DNA of 64,000 nucleotides from Chrysemys picta bellii. Its lineage: Eukaryota. How positions within the stretch are numbered: the first letter of the stretch is position 1; each line of letters starts with the position of its first letter. The stretch covers positions 23,126,001 through 23,190,000 of the forward strand of contig NC_088804.1 of assembly GCF_011386835.1 (NCBI RefSeq), in the 5' to 3' direction. This document shows positions 51,430-63,702 of this stretch, in pieces. The position numbers and the translations under genes were made by a program. The notes under the pieces are model-generated. The model did not search any database. It saw nothing but the letters and a program-made list of their open reading frames with translations, and was not told the origin of the DNA.

Positions 51430-52190
51430 TTTTCTTCTTTTGGTTTCCATGGCCCACCAGTGTCACAACTGTTTTTCTGCATATAAAAGCCAGGGCCAGC
51501 ATTAGGGGGTGAAAGTAAAATTGAACTCTTACCGGTATGGGGGCCGACTCCGGTCTCCAGCCCACAGAAGGGGCAGGGCCTCAGGCAGAAGGGGCAGGGC
51601 TGGGGGTTCAGTGTCCCCCAGCCAGCCCATCTACACTGCCTGGCCCATGCAACCCGTGGCTCCAGCGGTGATTTAAAGGGTCCGGGGCTCCGGACACTGC
51701 TGCAGTAGCAGCAGCGGCGGCCAGAGCCCTGGGCCCTTTTAAATTGCCAGCCCCAAGGCAGCTGCTCCTCTTGCCTGTCGGTGGCCTGGGGAGAGGGGGC
51801 AATGATGTTCCAGTGCTGCCATGGCAGCACTTTAAGCGGGGTCCTTTGCTGCGGCACCGCTTTAAAGTCAGCTGTACGGGCCGGTACCAGTGGCCACTTT
51901 TAACTGGTACGCCATACCAGCCCGTACCACCTTACTTTCACCCCTGGGGGTAGCCAGCACGGCAACTGACTGGGGCCCCATGTCACAATGTTCCCCACAT
52001 AGCTAAGTGGCTCAGCCTTTGGCTTCAGTCCCAGGTGTAGGACTGGGAGCCCTGGGCTTCAGCCCCACACTGCAAGGCTTCAGCTTTCTGCCCTGGGCCC
52101 CAGCAAGTCTAACACTGGCCCTGCTTGGCAGCCCCCCTGAAATCTGCTCGTGGTCCCCTAGGGGCCCTGGACCGCCGGTTGAGAATCATT
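51430..52190 (-). mobile_element. GC-rich hAT-type non-autonomous element (host of a nested insertion)
   Basis: Right end ccggttgagaatcatt resembles the cagtggttctcaacc TIR type. Internal cagggccagcattag (51491-51505) / ctaacactggccctg (52109-52123) inverted pair. The left end is degraded. Confidence 0.6.
51506..51946. mobile_element. hAT-type MITE nested in the 51430-52190 element
   Basis: TIRs ggggtgaaagtaa (51506-51518) and ttactttcacccctg (51932-51946), with a GC-rich interior containing accggta / ttaaag motifs. Confidence 0.78.
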
Positions 52191-53699
52191 AACCTAAGGT
52201 ACACATTGAATTGTTGCTTTAAATTCCATTTTTGTAACATAGCTTGTTTCTTTTAATGGTGCAATGAAAGGAATTCAGCGTTAACATTAGCACTTTCCTG
52301 GGTTCTTTAGGCTTATATTATACTTTTAAGATTATTAAATAGTGAACTGAAATGCTTTTCAGAAGTACTAAACTCTGTTTAAGATTCCAAATCATGAATA
52401 GACGGCACCTTTATTTGGATTTTGAGGGAGCCAAGTAGGTACCTGAGAGTATAATTTGGTCCATCATGTAGATTTTAACATTACAAATACATTTAAAAAA
52501 CTAATAATGAATTTTGTTTTCTTACTTTGCTTGTTTCCCCTGCTACAACCAATGACAACGTTACCATCTTTGAGAGCCTGAGGCTATACATTTTTATGCT
52601 TTTACTCAAGTGAGTTGGCCCATTAGGCCATTTTCTTAGCTTCAGGCACAAGTGAGGAAGTGACACAAAGGTGCTCTTTGTGCCCTTCCCCAAATCTTGG
52701 GGTTACGTGAAACATTTCCCTGTGCAGGGGAGATCCTTCAGTAGTTGCTAACCTGACACTAAGATTATTCTGCACTCTGTATGCATGCAGATCTATACTT
52801 CCAGGCTTAGGCTCCAAACCTGGAAAGCATCTTTCCTCAGGAGAGTGCTTAAGCACATCAGTGAGACTTAAGCATGTGGTTAAACACTGTCTGAATCATG
52901 TCCTTAGTGTGCCTCCCACCATCGGTAGTCTCTCTGGCTGTTCTTAAGAGTGTTTGCAGAATCAAGCCCTATAGTAACACAGGAAATTCAGCTTGAGTAG
53001 TGTCTGAGATGTCATCAAGCATTGCAGGTAAAGCACAGAACCCCGAGCTCCAGTCATGACAGGTGAAAACTTTTCCAATCATTCCTAAAATTCATTTGTT
53101 TGTACTTCTTTGTCTACACTTGTATTCTGTCAATTGTTTAGAATATCAGATAGTTCTCTTAATTTAAAAAGCTTGTCTGTTCAACATTACATTTACATTG
53201 AATTTAATTTCTTTGTTGTAATTTAATAAATGAAAAATCATTTCATGGTATGTTGTTATTTACCCAAAAGAGTTGGGTAAATAATAACATTCCATGAGTT
53301 GTTCCAGGGCCTGTGTGTGGTTAAATATATATTCAGAAATTTTGGAAAACTTTTATTGCATGTATCAATCTGATTGTAGCAGTTCTAATCTGTCTGGTAT
53401 TCAGGGAGTTTTATAAATGTATAGTGTGAGACCAATAAAGTGGAATGGTTCAGTCAGAGCCATTATTGTCTATTGGACAAATACATGTATTCAGCTTTTA
53501 TCCATCCATATTATTATGCACACAATTGGAATGGCTGCTTTAGAGCCATTTTGGTCTATTGGGTAATACAGACCGTATTTAGGATGTTTGCTGTGAATAG
53601 TAAAAATCTTTATGAATATTTGTGGGTAAAAAAATGGAATGCACAAGAGTAGTAGCCAATTTTTAAATGAAAATATTGTTCCCTTTTCAAACTTTTGTT

Positions 53700-54130
53700 T
53701 GCATACTATACTGCTGTCACCTTAAAATGGTAGCAGGCATTTGGTTCTCCTGAAACACCAAACTGTGAGAGCCATGAAGGTGCATTACGCAATTACTTCC
53801 AAGCTGATGGTCACAGGGATTGCCAGGGAGTCATTCAGAAAAGTTGTCCTTTCAGGCAGAAAGCATATGGCCACCATTTTGGAATTGTTCCTTCTGATGG
53901 TAAATGCCCATGGGTTCATTTAAATCACGATTCTACCTCTGATATGGATTTTCATGGGAAACAAAGATTTAAAAGCAGCAGTTGTTGGTAGAAATGATTT
54001 TTAAGTTGGTGGCAAGAAGAACCTACATTTGGGCTGGTCAGGAGCATGTTCTAAGTTTGTTTGTTTCCTTGATGTGTTTTCTTGGCATCTGGTCAAATAC
54101 GCTTCTGAACATTAAAAACCTTCCTCTATA
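53700..54130. promoter_or_regulatory. Candidate conserved non-coding element
   Basis: Unique-looking TE-free block with homeodomain-type motifs (gcattacgcaattac, ttcatttaaatcacg). Conservation was not measured. Confidence 0.3.
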
Positions 54131-54364
54131 TGCCTCTACTGGTGCTTGCTACCTCCCGCTTGAAATTCTAACTGTACCTAAATGGGAATCAGTAGGTTCC
54201 TTTATTTGCTCCTAGCAACTGTAGAGCACATTTCCAGTTGGAAATATAACTATATCAACAGCAAACAGAGCAAATTATGGTCCAGTCCATTTCAACAATT
54301 CCCTTTTGACATCTATCCATGGGTACTCCATTAGCAGAGTATCCAAGTGTCCCCACTTTTTAAT

Positions 54365-54540
54365 GGATATCATCACAACACTACTGTGAGGTAGGGCAGT
54401 GCTGTAATCCCCATTTCACAAATAGGGAACTGAGGCACAGAGAGACTAAGTGACTTGGTCAAGGAATTGCCAATTAGCAGGGAATTGAACACAGGTCTCT
54501 GGAGTCTTAGTATCCTAATAACTGGACCATCCTTCTTCTT
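54365..54540 (-). mobile_element. MIR-like tRNA/CORE-SINE
   Basis: atccccatttcacaaatagggaactgaggcacagagagactaagtgacttggtcaagg is the antisense CORE domain, followed by an antisense tRNA-like head. Confidence 0.8.
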
Positions 54541-55991
54541 CTCGTAGAGGAAAATTAAAGTAGACTTTACAAATACAAAAAGAGCATGACATGTCTTCCA
54601 TTGTCATGACTCAAAAAACTTAAAGTGACCTAATAAGGTGGTCATCTGTAAGAGGTGATGGGACTTATTGTCAAGTTTCACCAAAAAACATGCACTTACA
54701 GTAAAGAAGAAACTTGAAATTAACTTATCATAACACATGGTAATAATGTTACAATGTTTCAGAACCATCAGCCACCTAATGAAAAACACTGAGCATTCTG
54801 TCATATGAACATTGTCATTTTTGCATTTTAAGGGAACAAATGTCATATCTAGTAAACATTTTTCTCAGGATTTAATTATAATTTATAGTACATTGCACAG
54901 CATTTGTTTTCCATTCATCATTATATTTTTCTTCATCCTTTTCTCTACATTTATAAGTAAAATTGTGTATATGCAGTTGTCTCTCTTTCCCTGAGTGTGT
55001 ATATGTACACGTATGCAATATAATAAAAAGTAGTGTAGTGGGGACAACAGACGGCTTGTGCGTATGATGTATTATTGGCATTTTTCTTTCAAATTACTGA
55101 TTTCTTGTTGCTTTGGGAGAAAGCCATGATTTTGCTGCTATTAGTACTCTCTTAACAATCTGGAATAAATTCCTGATCTTATCCATGTGACTAATCCAAT
55201 GCCCATTTTAACATTTTAATGCAAACCCTTACATATGTGCCTGTAATACCACAAAATAAGATGTTTCTTTGTGGAAAATTTTCTAGAATTTGGATGCCAA
55301 TCAAATATTTTTAGGAGTGGAGAATAAATGCAGCTTCACCATGTAAATGATTTTTTTCAATGAAAAATACTTCAGCATTCATCTCTTTTTCTCTCACTCT
55401 CCTGTTTGTGTGAATCTTAAATAATAGATCCATATCGAAGTTGGTAAAGTAGCAGCTATCAACAGTGTACAGTCAGTAACCTGATTATACTGATATTGAG
55501 GTTTTTATGTGCGACGGTGGCACAGTTTGATTTTTAAAGATATACCAATGCAAAATGGGTTTGGCAAACAACCCACTGACAAACCCTCAGTTCCAGCTGT
55601 AGACATCGTTGCCCCTATATGGTCATAAAAACCTACTTTGAGATCTGTGCCTTTCTCAAAACCTGCATTTTCAAATTCCATTCCGTTGATGCACCATGTT
55701 GGGCTGCATCAGTCATGCCATGTTATGAAACCTAACACGATGTGACTGATGCAGGCTGACATGACATGTCACAAAGCAACATATCAGATCATAAATTTGA
55801 AACAAAACAAAACAAACATTTTTTTTTCTCAAAGTCTAAATTAACAAAGCAACATATTTGTTTAAAAGGCAGAAGAATCTAAAGGGTTGGAATTTTTTCT
55901 TTATATTTGCTAGTTCTATTTCAAAACCAGAATGTTCATCCTGTCCAAGCTCTGTATTCTTTCCAGGGCAGACGCACAAACTGAGTCCTAC

Positions 55992-56083
55992 GCCCAAAAC
56001 CTCAAGGTATTTAAATGCCTAACTCTCATTGAAATCAATTTCAATGGGAGTTAGACACCTAAATACCTTTGAGGATCTTGGCC
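55992..56083. repeat. Short palindromic MITE-like element
   Basis: ctcaaggtatttaaatgcctaactctcattgaaat / atttcaatgggagttagacacctaaatacctttgag fold-back. Confidence 0.7.
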
Positions 56084-56340
56084 TTAGTGCTTTCTCCACT
56101 TCTAAGTTTGGACCTACAAGGTTCCGAGTGCTGTCAATTCCCATTGGCCTCAGTGGGTGTTGAGGGTACTTGTCATCTCTCAGGGGCACTCTGCATCTTC
56201 CACAACTGCTTCCCGACACCATTACTCCAATTATAGTCTATCCTTCCTGTTTTTCTTTTGTAGCTCCATCGCTTTACAATCTCTGCTCTCAGTCCACAGG
56301 GTTGAAAGGTTTTCAGACACTGAAGTGCAAGCAATGTAGT

Positions 56341-57000
56341 CAGGGCCGGCTCTAACTTTTCTGCCACCCCAAGCAAAAAAAAGAGCGCCGCCCTCCATAG
56401 CGCCACCATAACACACACCCTCAGCACTGCGCCGTCACCCCCCCCCCCACAGAGCGCCACGCTGCCGAACCCCCCCAGCTCCCCGCGGAGTGTCGCAGCG
56501 CTGAACCCCCCAGGCCCTCCGCAGAGCGCCGCCTAACACCCCCCCCGCAGAGCACCGTGCTGCCAAGCCTCCTAGCCCCCCACAGAGTGCTGCGCAGCCC
56601 AACACCCCGCCCCCCATGAAACGCCGCCAAACACCCCCACTGCCGAACCCGCCAGCCAAGCGCCGCGCTGCCAAACCCCACGCCGCCACATACACCTCCA
56701 GCCGAGCGCCACGCCGCCAAACACCCCCACCGCCGAGCTGCGCTGCCGAACACACACGCACCCCCGCAGAGCGCCCCGCCGTGCCACCACACACCCCCAC
56801 GGAGCGCCGCTGCCGAATCAGTGCCCCCAGCCGCCAAAACAAAAACAACCCACCCAACCCCCAGCGCCGCTCGAACGAATCAAAAAAAAAAAAAAAAAAA
56901 CCTGAGTGCCTCCCCCCCTTCCACCTCCAAGATTGGCCGCCCCTTACCAGGCGCCGCTCCAAGCACGTGCTTGGTTGGCTGGTGCCTGGAGCCGGCCCTG
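56341..57000. mobile_element. Young 660-bp hAT-type non-autonomous element with an internal GC-rich minisatellite
   Basis: TIRs cagggccggctc and gagccggccctg. Perfect 8-bp TSD aatgtagt at 56333-56340 and 57001-57008. Roughly 15 degenerate units of gagcgccgcgctgccgaacccccc, plus an A-run at 56882-56900. Confidence 0.92.
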
Positions 57001-58042
57001 AATGTAGTGTGCTACTCTACTGCCAGGTTGTTTGAGTTTTAAGCAATATAGTGTCCTCCCACTCCTCCTTCATATCTGAGAAGGATGCTCCATAATTTGC
57101 TCTCCATGCTGGCCTGCCTCTAACCTGATTCTCCCACACTGCAACACAATGCATTACACATTATCTTCTGAACCATCAGGCAGGGTTCTTTTTCTTAAAG
57201 GGCTTTCAAATAATTTTATTGGAAGATATAGAAAAGGTAGAATACATATGACCTATAACTTGCAAAGAAAGAACCCACCAACCACCACTAGATAAAACAT
57301 TATAAATTTATTGCCAACTTATCTAGGAAGGGTTATTTTAAGAACCTGCTGTCCACAACAAATTTTGAGCCTGTAATTAATGGATGGGTTACCCAAGAGA
57401 AATAGGCATTTTCCTTTGTCCCTTAGTTACAAGCAAATTGCAGATATTGTTATCTTTGCAAGTAAGAATAATCTCTGGTTTTTGTACTACTTCTGCTGTA
57501 AACAATGTTCCTCTTGCTTTCCTTTGACCCTCACTCTGTATACATATTTATATATTATTCATACTGGATTAAAAATGAATGTGCTCTTTACCACAGTTGT
57601 ACTGTATTGTGACAATACAAATTAACTTATTGTGTACTTACTTTTCATATGGCAGTGATGTGAAATTTTGATGGCCTCAAAAAGTAAGCAATAGAAAAAA
57701 GACAACGTTGAACAGAATCCATTTAGGTGCATTTATATGGTCATATTTGTTAAATTTTGTTGAATTAATAAATTATGTTCCTCATATACAGTTGCACAGT
57801 TTTGAACCTTTTGTGATACTGAATGGAATGAGGGTTTTTTTTTACAAATATTAAGGGCTGTTTTACTCCTTGCTTTGTGAATTCTTTGTTTAAATGTTAC
57901 TTTAATGGATCAGTGTATGAATTGGAATTACTATTTTTAATTATCAGTACTTATGGTCAAGCTAATACCCCAAAGAACTGATAAATGACATCACATTTTG
58001 TAGGCATGGCTAGTGTGTTGTTTGTTATTCATGTTGCCTATA

Positions 58043-59340
58043 CTTCCTATTATAAGACCCTGTTTGCAGTTGCTTATAACTTGCCAAACCTTTTAACCAT
58101 TTGAGCTGAATTCCTCCATTCTAGGTGTCTGCTTCAGGTGGAATATTTTGGAAAATTTCAACCAAACCAGTTCAGCCATTTCTGAGAGCAAGGCTAAGGA
58201 AAATACATTGTTTTGCCAAAAATGGTGACCTTTTTTTTGAAAAGCTCTGGGACCCCTCTTGCTTTGGTGCAGGGATTTGAAATTTGGCAGTGGGTGGCGT
58301 TTGTATCAGGGACATGCCTTTTGTTGTCCTGTGCAAATCTGCCCTAATTTGACAGCGTTCTACACTTTTTAAAAATCATGATTTGCACATGCTCAGCAGA
58401 GACTTCTTAGATTTCAGCAGTTAAATTCTGCAAAAGATTCCGGCCACACTGTGCATGCTCCCACCCAGAAAGTCAGATCTGTGGTGGGGTTAGAGGGGGA
58501 AGTAGACTGGAACAAGGAGCCTGTGGGACAGAAGGGACAGAAACCAGGACTGGAAGCTGGTGGAGACAACTGGGAGTTGAATTGGAGGGATACTGGGACT
58601 ATCTGGGCAAGGAGACTGGGACTGGGATCCAGGGGGGGATTGTGACGAGTTTGAGATTGAGCTTAGGATCTGAAAAAGATGGACTGCAACTGGTTGGGCA
58701 AGGATACTGGGGCCAGGGAATGAAATGGGGTGGGGGACTAAAATTGGATGAGGAGCCAGAGGGGGATACTATCCCTAGTTTGGCAAGGGGACTGGGATTG
58801 AGAACCAGTGGGATGAGAAGTAAAGAGATGAAGGGGGAGGGGGATAGATTTGATAAGGACTGAGATGCAGGGAGAACTGAGCCTGGGACTAGGAGTAGGG
58901 GAAATTGGGACAGGGAGGGTGAGTCAGGAGGGGTGAGACTAGATTTGCTGGCTAAGGAGACTGGGACTGGCTAGTTGAAGAAATAGAGCTTGGATGAGGA
59001 ACGAGAAGTGGGGAAGAGAGGACTAGGACAAGGGACAGGTTGGAGGGGCAGAGCAGAAAGGGTCATGAAAAAAGGAAATGAGCAGAAGAATCCCACTAGA
59101 TCCACTCAATTTCAGAGCCTGAACTGGAACATAAGATTCCTGAGTCTCACCATTCCTCTGAGGTCAACAAATATCTAAGAAACCAGCTGTCCCTCTCTAA
59201 ATGCTGGTCCACAAAGAGGATGTCAACCTACTACTGCTGTCAGTTATTCTGTTAGCTCAAGTGGCAGAGGTCTGTGCGGTGGATCTAAAGGCCCCAGCTC
59301 TGTTGGTGTTGGTTCATGATGCTACACGATAGAATTTCTG
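58043..59340. repeat. Unclassified composite repeat with an internal purine/G-rich degenerate tandem region (about 58490-59050)
   Basis: Many gggactgg / gagactgg / aactgg units with strong G skew, flanked by repeat-like segments (gaaatttggcag, tttgcacatgctcag) and a tRNA-A-box-like ttagctcaagtgg at about 59252. Confidence 0.45.
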
Positions 59341-59656
59341 TTTTTTTTTTTCATTTTGCTTGTTAAAATAAAGGGACTTCTTAGGGTTGCAAAGTCAAAC
59401 ACTAAAAAGTTAAGAAATGCCAGAATTAAGGTTGCTTTTACAACCTTGTGCATATGCATTATGATACAGTCTTTAATTACATGATCACATAATTTTTTTT
59501 CCACAAGACCCCTGCCTCATTCAATGCACAGGTTGGAGCTGCTTTGGGGATGAATCAGGGTTGAATAAGAGGCTGTTGTCTGTAGGACTCCGGCCTCATT
59601 TGTTGCAGAAGTTGGAAGGTATATGGTGAATGCAAAAGATTCACAAAGGATTGCAG

Positions 59657-60440
59657 GAGGAGATGGGGTGGTCTCATGGTTAAGGCAGTTGATTGCTGCC
59701 TTGGAGGAACTAGATTCTATCCCTGCCGGTGCCACAGAGCTCCTGTGTCATTCTAGGCAAGTCGCTTAAACCAGTTTTCTCAACAAATTATTGCTAATTG
59801 GGTGTCTGACATGAGACATTGGGGTCTGGTTTGCAGAAGCGCTGCACACTCATCGCCACAACTGAAGTCAAAGGAAGCTGTACTCTAAACATGTGAAGCG
59901 CTATATAATGCTAAGGACTATGAAAAGTATGGTCTTAGATGTCTCAAATTGGATACCCAAAATTAGTTGATACTTTTGACCTTAATCTCTTTGTGCCTCA
60001 ATTCCCCATCTGTAAAATGAGAATACGACCACCCCCTCAATTCACAGGGGTGTTGTGATTCATTCATATTTGTGATACACTCAGATACTGTAGTGATGAG
60101 CACCATAGAAAAGCCAATGAGAAAATTAATAATTCAGTCTTCAGAGCAGGGATTGAAAAGTGTGCCATGAATGAGGCCTATGGCTGGACATTGAGCAGTG
60201 AAGATAAAACGAAATATTGAATAGCTGCTCATTAAGTGAGCACCATCCCTTCTGTGCACTGAATGAGGCAGAGTTCCTGTGGAAAAAATAGTCTGTGATC
60301 ATGTTGTTAAAGACTGTATTGTAATGCAGACACACAAGGGGGCTGAATTAAGGTTGCAAAGGCAACATTAATTCTGGCATTTCCCAACTTTTTGACTGCT
60401 TGACTTTGCAACCTTAATAATGTTCATTTAACATAGGGCT
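59657..60440 (+). mobile_element. Long tRNA-headed CORE-SINE-like element interrupted by a ~210-bp insert
   Basis: Head ggtctcatggttaaggc..agattctatccctg..ggcaagtcgcttaa; CORE cttaatctctttgtgcctcaattccccatctgtaaaatg at about 59980-60020; extended 3' region. Confidence 0.6.
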
Positions 60441-61004
60441 TTTTGTGTGTGTTTGTAATATACAAACTGAAGTTTGCAGAAATATAATTTGGTATCTGTT
60501 TGCAATGGTTTAAATCAGTTAAAATGTAATGGATGGATGAATAGAAGTATGTTAGGGGAAAGAAAGGTAACTTTCTCTTAACAGGAGGTAAAGAAACTGG
60601 TAACACTGTTCTACATTGGTCTGATCCAAAGCCCACTGAAGACAATTTAAAGGCTCTCATTGACTTTAATGGGTTTTGGATGAGGCCCCCATTATGACAG
60701 TATTAGTCTATGCAATTTTAAGTGTTCTTATATGAAACCTTTGCAGACACTAGACTGTTTATAGCAAATTAGCTTTAATAATATATAGAGACTTCATTAT
60801 ACTGATGTTTTCACTTGTATTTACAGCTACTATATATCCTAAAATATAAATTCACTACAACGCAGTAATGGCTAATTTATTCACTATAGGAAGAATTTGT
60901 TTTACATGCATTTTGTGACAAACATTTTGTCAGTGAATAAATTCCAATGGTCCTTTTAATCAGATAGGATGACCTCATTTCCATAAAGGAATCTGACAAC
61001 AGGC

Positions 61005-61202
61005 ACATAGTGTAGTCTTATGGTGATATCAAGGAACTTGGTGTCAGGAGATAGGGATTTGATTGTTGACTGCAAAGACTTCCCATGTGACCTTGGGCAA
61101 GTCACTTAATCTCTCTGTAAATTAGTTTCCTCATGTGTAACAGAGAGTAATAATACTTACCCACCTCTCTATATGCTTTGAGATCCTGAGATGGAAGGTA
61201 CT
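61005..61202 (+). mobile_element. MIR-like tRNA/CORE-SINE
   Basis: tgtgaccttgggcaagtcacttaatctctctgtaaattagtttcctcatgtgtaa..taataatacttaccc, ending at a (TG)n tail. Confidence 0.78.
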
Positions 61203-61282
61203 GTGTGTGTGTGTGTGTATAGATAGATAGATAAAAATATCAATATATATATATATATTGATATTTTTATCTATCTATCTAT
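61202..61282. repeat. Compound microsatellite (TG)n-(ATAG)n-(AT)n-(CTAT)n containing a perfect 64-bp palindrome (61219-61282)
   Basis: 61219-61282 equals its own reverse complement, checked base by base. Confidence 0.95.
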
Positions 61283-63130
61283 CAACATATTACTTATCAT
61301 CAGCAAATAAAGGATCCAGGATTTTCACTATAGGTTCTGCCTTCAGTTTAAAATACACATGCTGTGATCCTCAGCATAAACCACCAGATGAACAAACAAA
61401 GGAATTTTTAAAATCAAAACTACAAACACCCTTGCCAGGATAAAATAGACCAAACTCAGACATTATTACTGAGGTCTCTTTCCAAGGTGCGATGTTTCCT
61501 TCTATGAACTGAAGGGATAATTGTGAAATGGAATGATTTTATTGGACCTTTCTTCTGAGTTTTAAAACCTACCTTAGAATTTCCAAAACAATGCAAATCA
61601 TATTTTCAGTGAATCTCCTTCTTTATACCCATTCAGTTTTGCACCCATTTTCTGTGCACAAAAGTGGATTGTGGAAGAATATAACTAATACTTTCAAACT
61701 TATTGTGAGTTCAGTTATGGACGTATAGTCCTTTGGATTTAAGGGACTGATCCTGAAATGCATGGAATAGGTCTTGTAATCTCTTCCTTGACCTCTGTTT
61801 CTAGTCCTCCTGCTGAAATTCCTCTGTGAAATTCCTGACCCATTCTATAACTACTTATTCCTAATTTTATTCATTATGTTCCCGATTACTTTTTCCAAGA
61901 TGAAATTTTCCTTGGAAATTTTCCCTTGTTAAGACTAATATACAGTTAGTCTTATTGGGTTTCATCTCTTTTCCCTGAGTACCTTGTCTGGAAGGCTTCC
62001 CTTCATCTCCCTGTCTGAGGCGCAGAAGAACCTTGAGACTTAGGTAGAAACCAACTTACTGTGTCCTATGGATCCATTTAGGCAAATGTAAATATTCTGT
62101 ATTCTGGAGCAGGACCCTGTCCTAACATAACTGACATCAATTCATTGATGATGGGCAGGCATCTCCTCCATACACAAATGTCGTATCCCTGCTTGAAGAA
62201 ACTTGCCCATAGGTCTCTGTTCTGGGTACAACACTTCGCTCCTCCTGAGGAGCAGCTACAATCTTGTGTGTGGACTCAGTCTTCAGGTGCTAATTCCCAC
62301 TTTTTCCATTAAAAATAGTGGGTTGTTTTAGGGGCCCAAGCACTCTAGATCAGCTGATGACATCTCTTACATGGAGTGAGTTTTCCTGACAACACACCAT
62401 CCAGAACACCACCAGTGTAATCCCGGTGTCACTTCAGACCTCTTTCTCTAATGGGAATAATGTCTAACCAGGCTACACATCTTCCACTTACTTATGTAAA
62501 ACTAACTTGATAACACCTAAATGATGATTGGCCACAGCTCACCTACCTGTGACATTTCTCAAGCTAAGCACTCTTGGCCCCTTCCCACACTGTGTGCACT
62601 GCAGTGGTTTCACACCTACAGTACTTTACTACTACTCCTTCTACTTCATAGGTAGTATGTAGTATAGAAACAGGAGATGGGAAAAAGTGCTCTTCTAATG
62701 TGGATATTGGATATTGTTTTTCACTTGTCCTGGATTTATGTAGATGGTCTGGCACATTTATTTATTCATTTATTTGAGCAAATTAAAGCAAGCTAAGCGC
62801 ATTTGACCTCAGATGGTCCTGGTTTAAGTTAATTTGAGAGACAAAGCTCATAAAGTTCCAGTAAAACACATCAACAACTTCCCAGCATAGGTTGAAATGT
62901 GATTGCTGAAACATAACCTCCAATACCAGATACAGCACCAAGATTCTAAGTCACAATAATATGAAAAATAATGTAAAGCACATTGCAAGACTGACTAAAA
63001 AGAGCTGTGTTTTATTCATGCCTTTTTTTCAGTCACTATTTCAAACACAAGCATACATCAGGTTCTGTGCAGTAACATTTCTTTTCTAATCTAGATTTGG
63101 ATATTTTATTTTTAAGTTAGCTATAGTTTT

Positions 63131-63238
63131 GAGCCTCCATCCAGCAAACACTCATGCACCTGCATAACATTACTCACATGAGTAGTCCTACTGCAGTGAA
63201 GTTACACATATGTGTAAGTATTTGCGGGCTTGAGGGCT
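63131..63238. repeat. Short palindromic MITE-like element about 490 bp upstream of the terminal exon
   Basis: ccagcaaacactcatgc..ttactcacatgagtagtcc..aagttacacatatgtgtaagtatttgc; same family as 11069-11187. Confidence 0.5.
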
Positions 63239-63702
63239 TGCTTATCTTAATCCATTATTGCTATCCATTCAGAAAAACACAAAACAACACAACAACTCCA
63301 TGTGCATAAAATGAAACATACAATGTTATCCTCAGAAACCCACCCAAAGACAAAGTATGTTTATTAGAGTGGGGTCCGCACATTGTCATTCGTGCATTGC
63401 TCTAGATAATCAACAAATATAAAAGAACCTATTATACGGTTAACTTTATTTGCAAGTGTTCAGACTGGATCACAGAGTGAATGCTTAACAATTATGTTAA
63501 CTAAGAGAGGGGGGATGGCTTAGTTTTCTTTAATGTCCCAGAAAAAGAGTTTTTAACAATACAGTTTGTATGTATAGAACTCAACAAAAGCACTATGAAT
63601 TTCTTATTGTTGCTCAATGCATGCAGCACTTCCTTATAGCCGTATTTCTTTGTTACACTTTGCAAAGAACTGGCTTGCAGTGAAAATGTAAATATGAGAA
63701 AA

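Noticed and set aside
56380-56880. Tandem units as a CRISPR-like repeat-spacer array
   Set aside because: Units are degenerate with no unique spacers, the context is eukaryotic, and no cas genes are present.
56421-57042. Several 70-175 aa Gly/Ala/Arg/Pro-rich ORFs
   Set aside because: They arise from the stop-poor GC-rich minisatellite inside a TIR/TSD-bounded hAT element.
59248-59300. tRNA-like sequence ttagctcaagtggcagagg
   Set aside because: Only an A-box-like half; no acceptor stem, T-arm or B box. It is a repeat-derived fragment.
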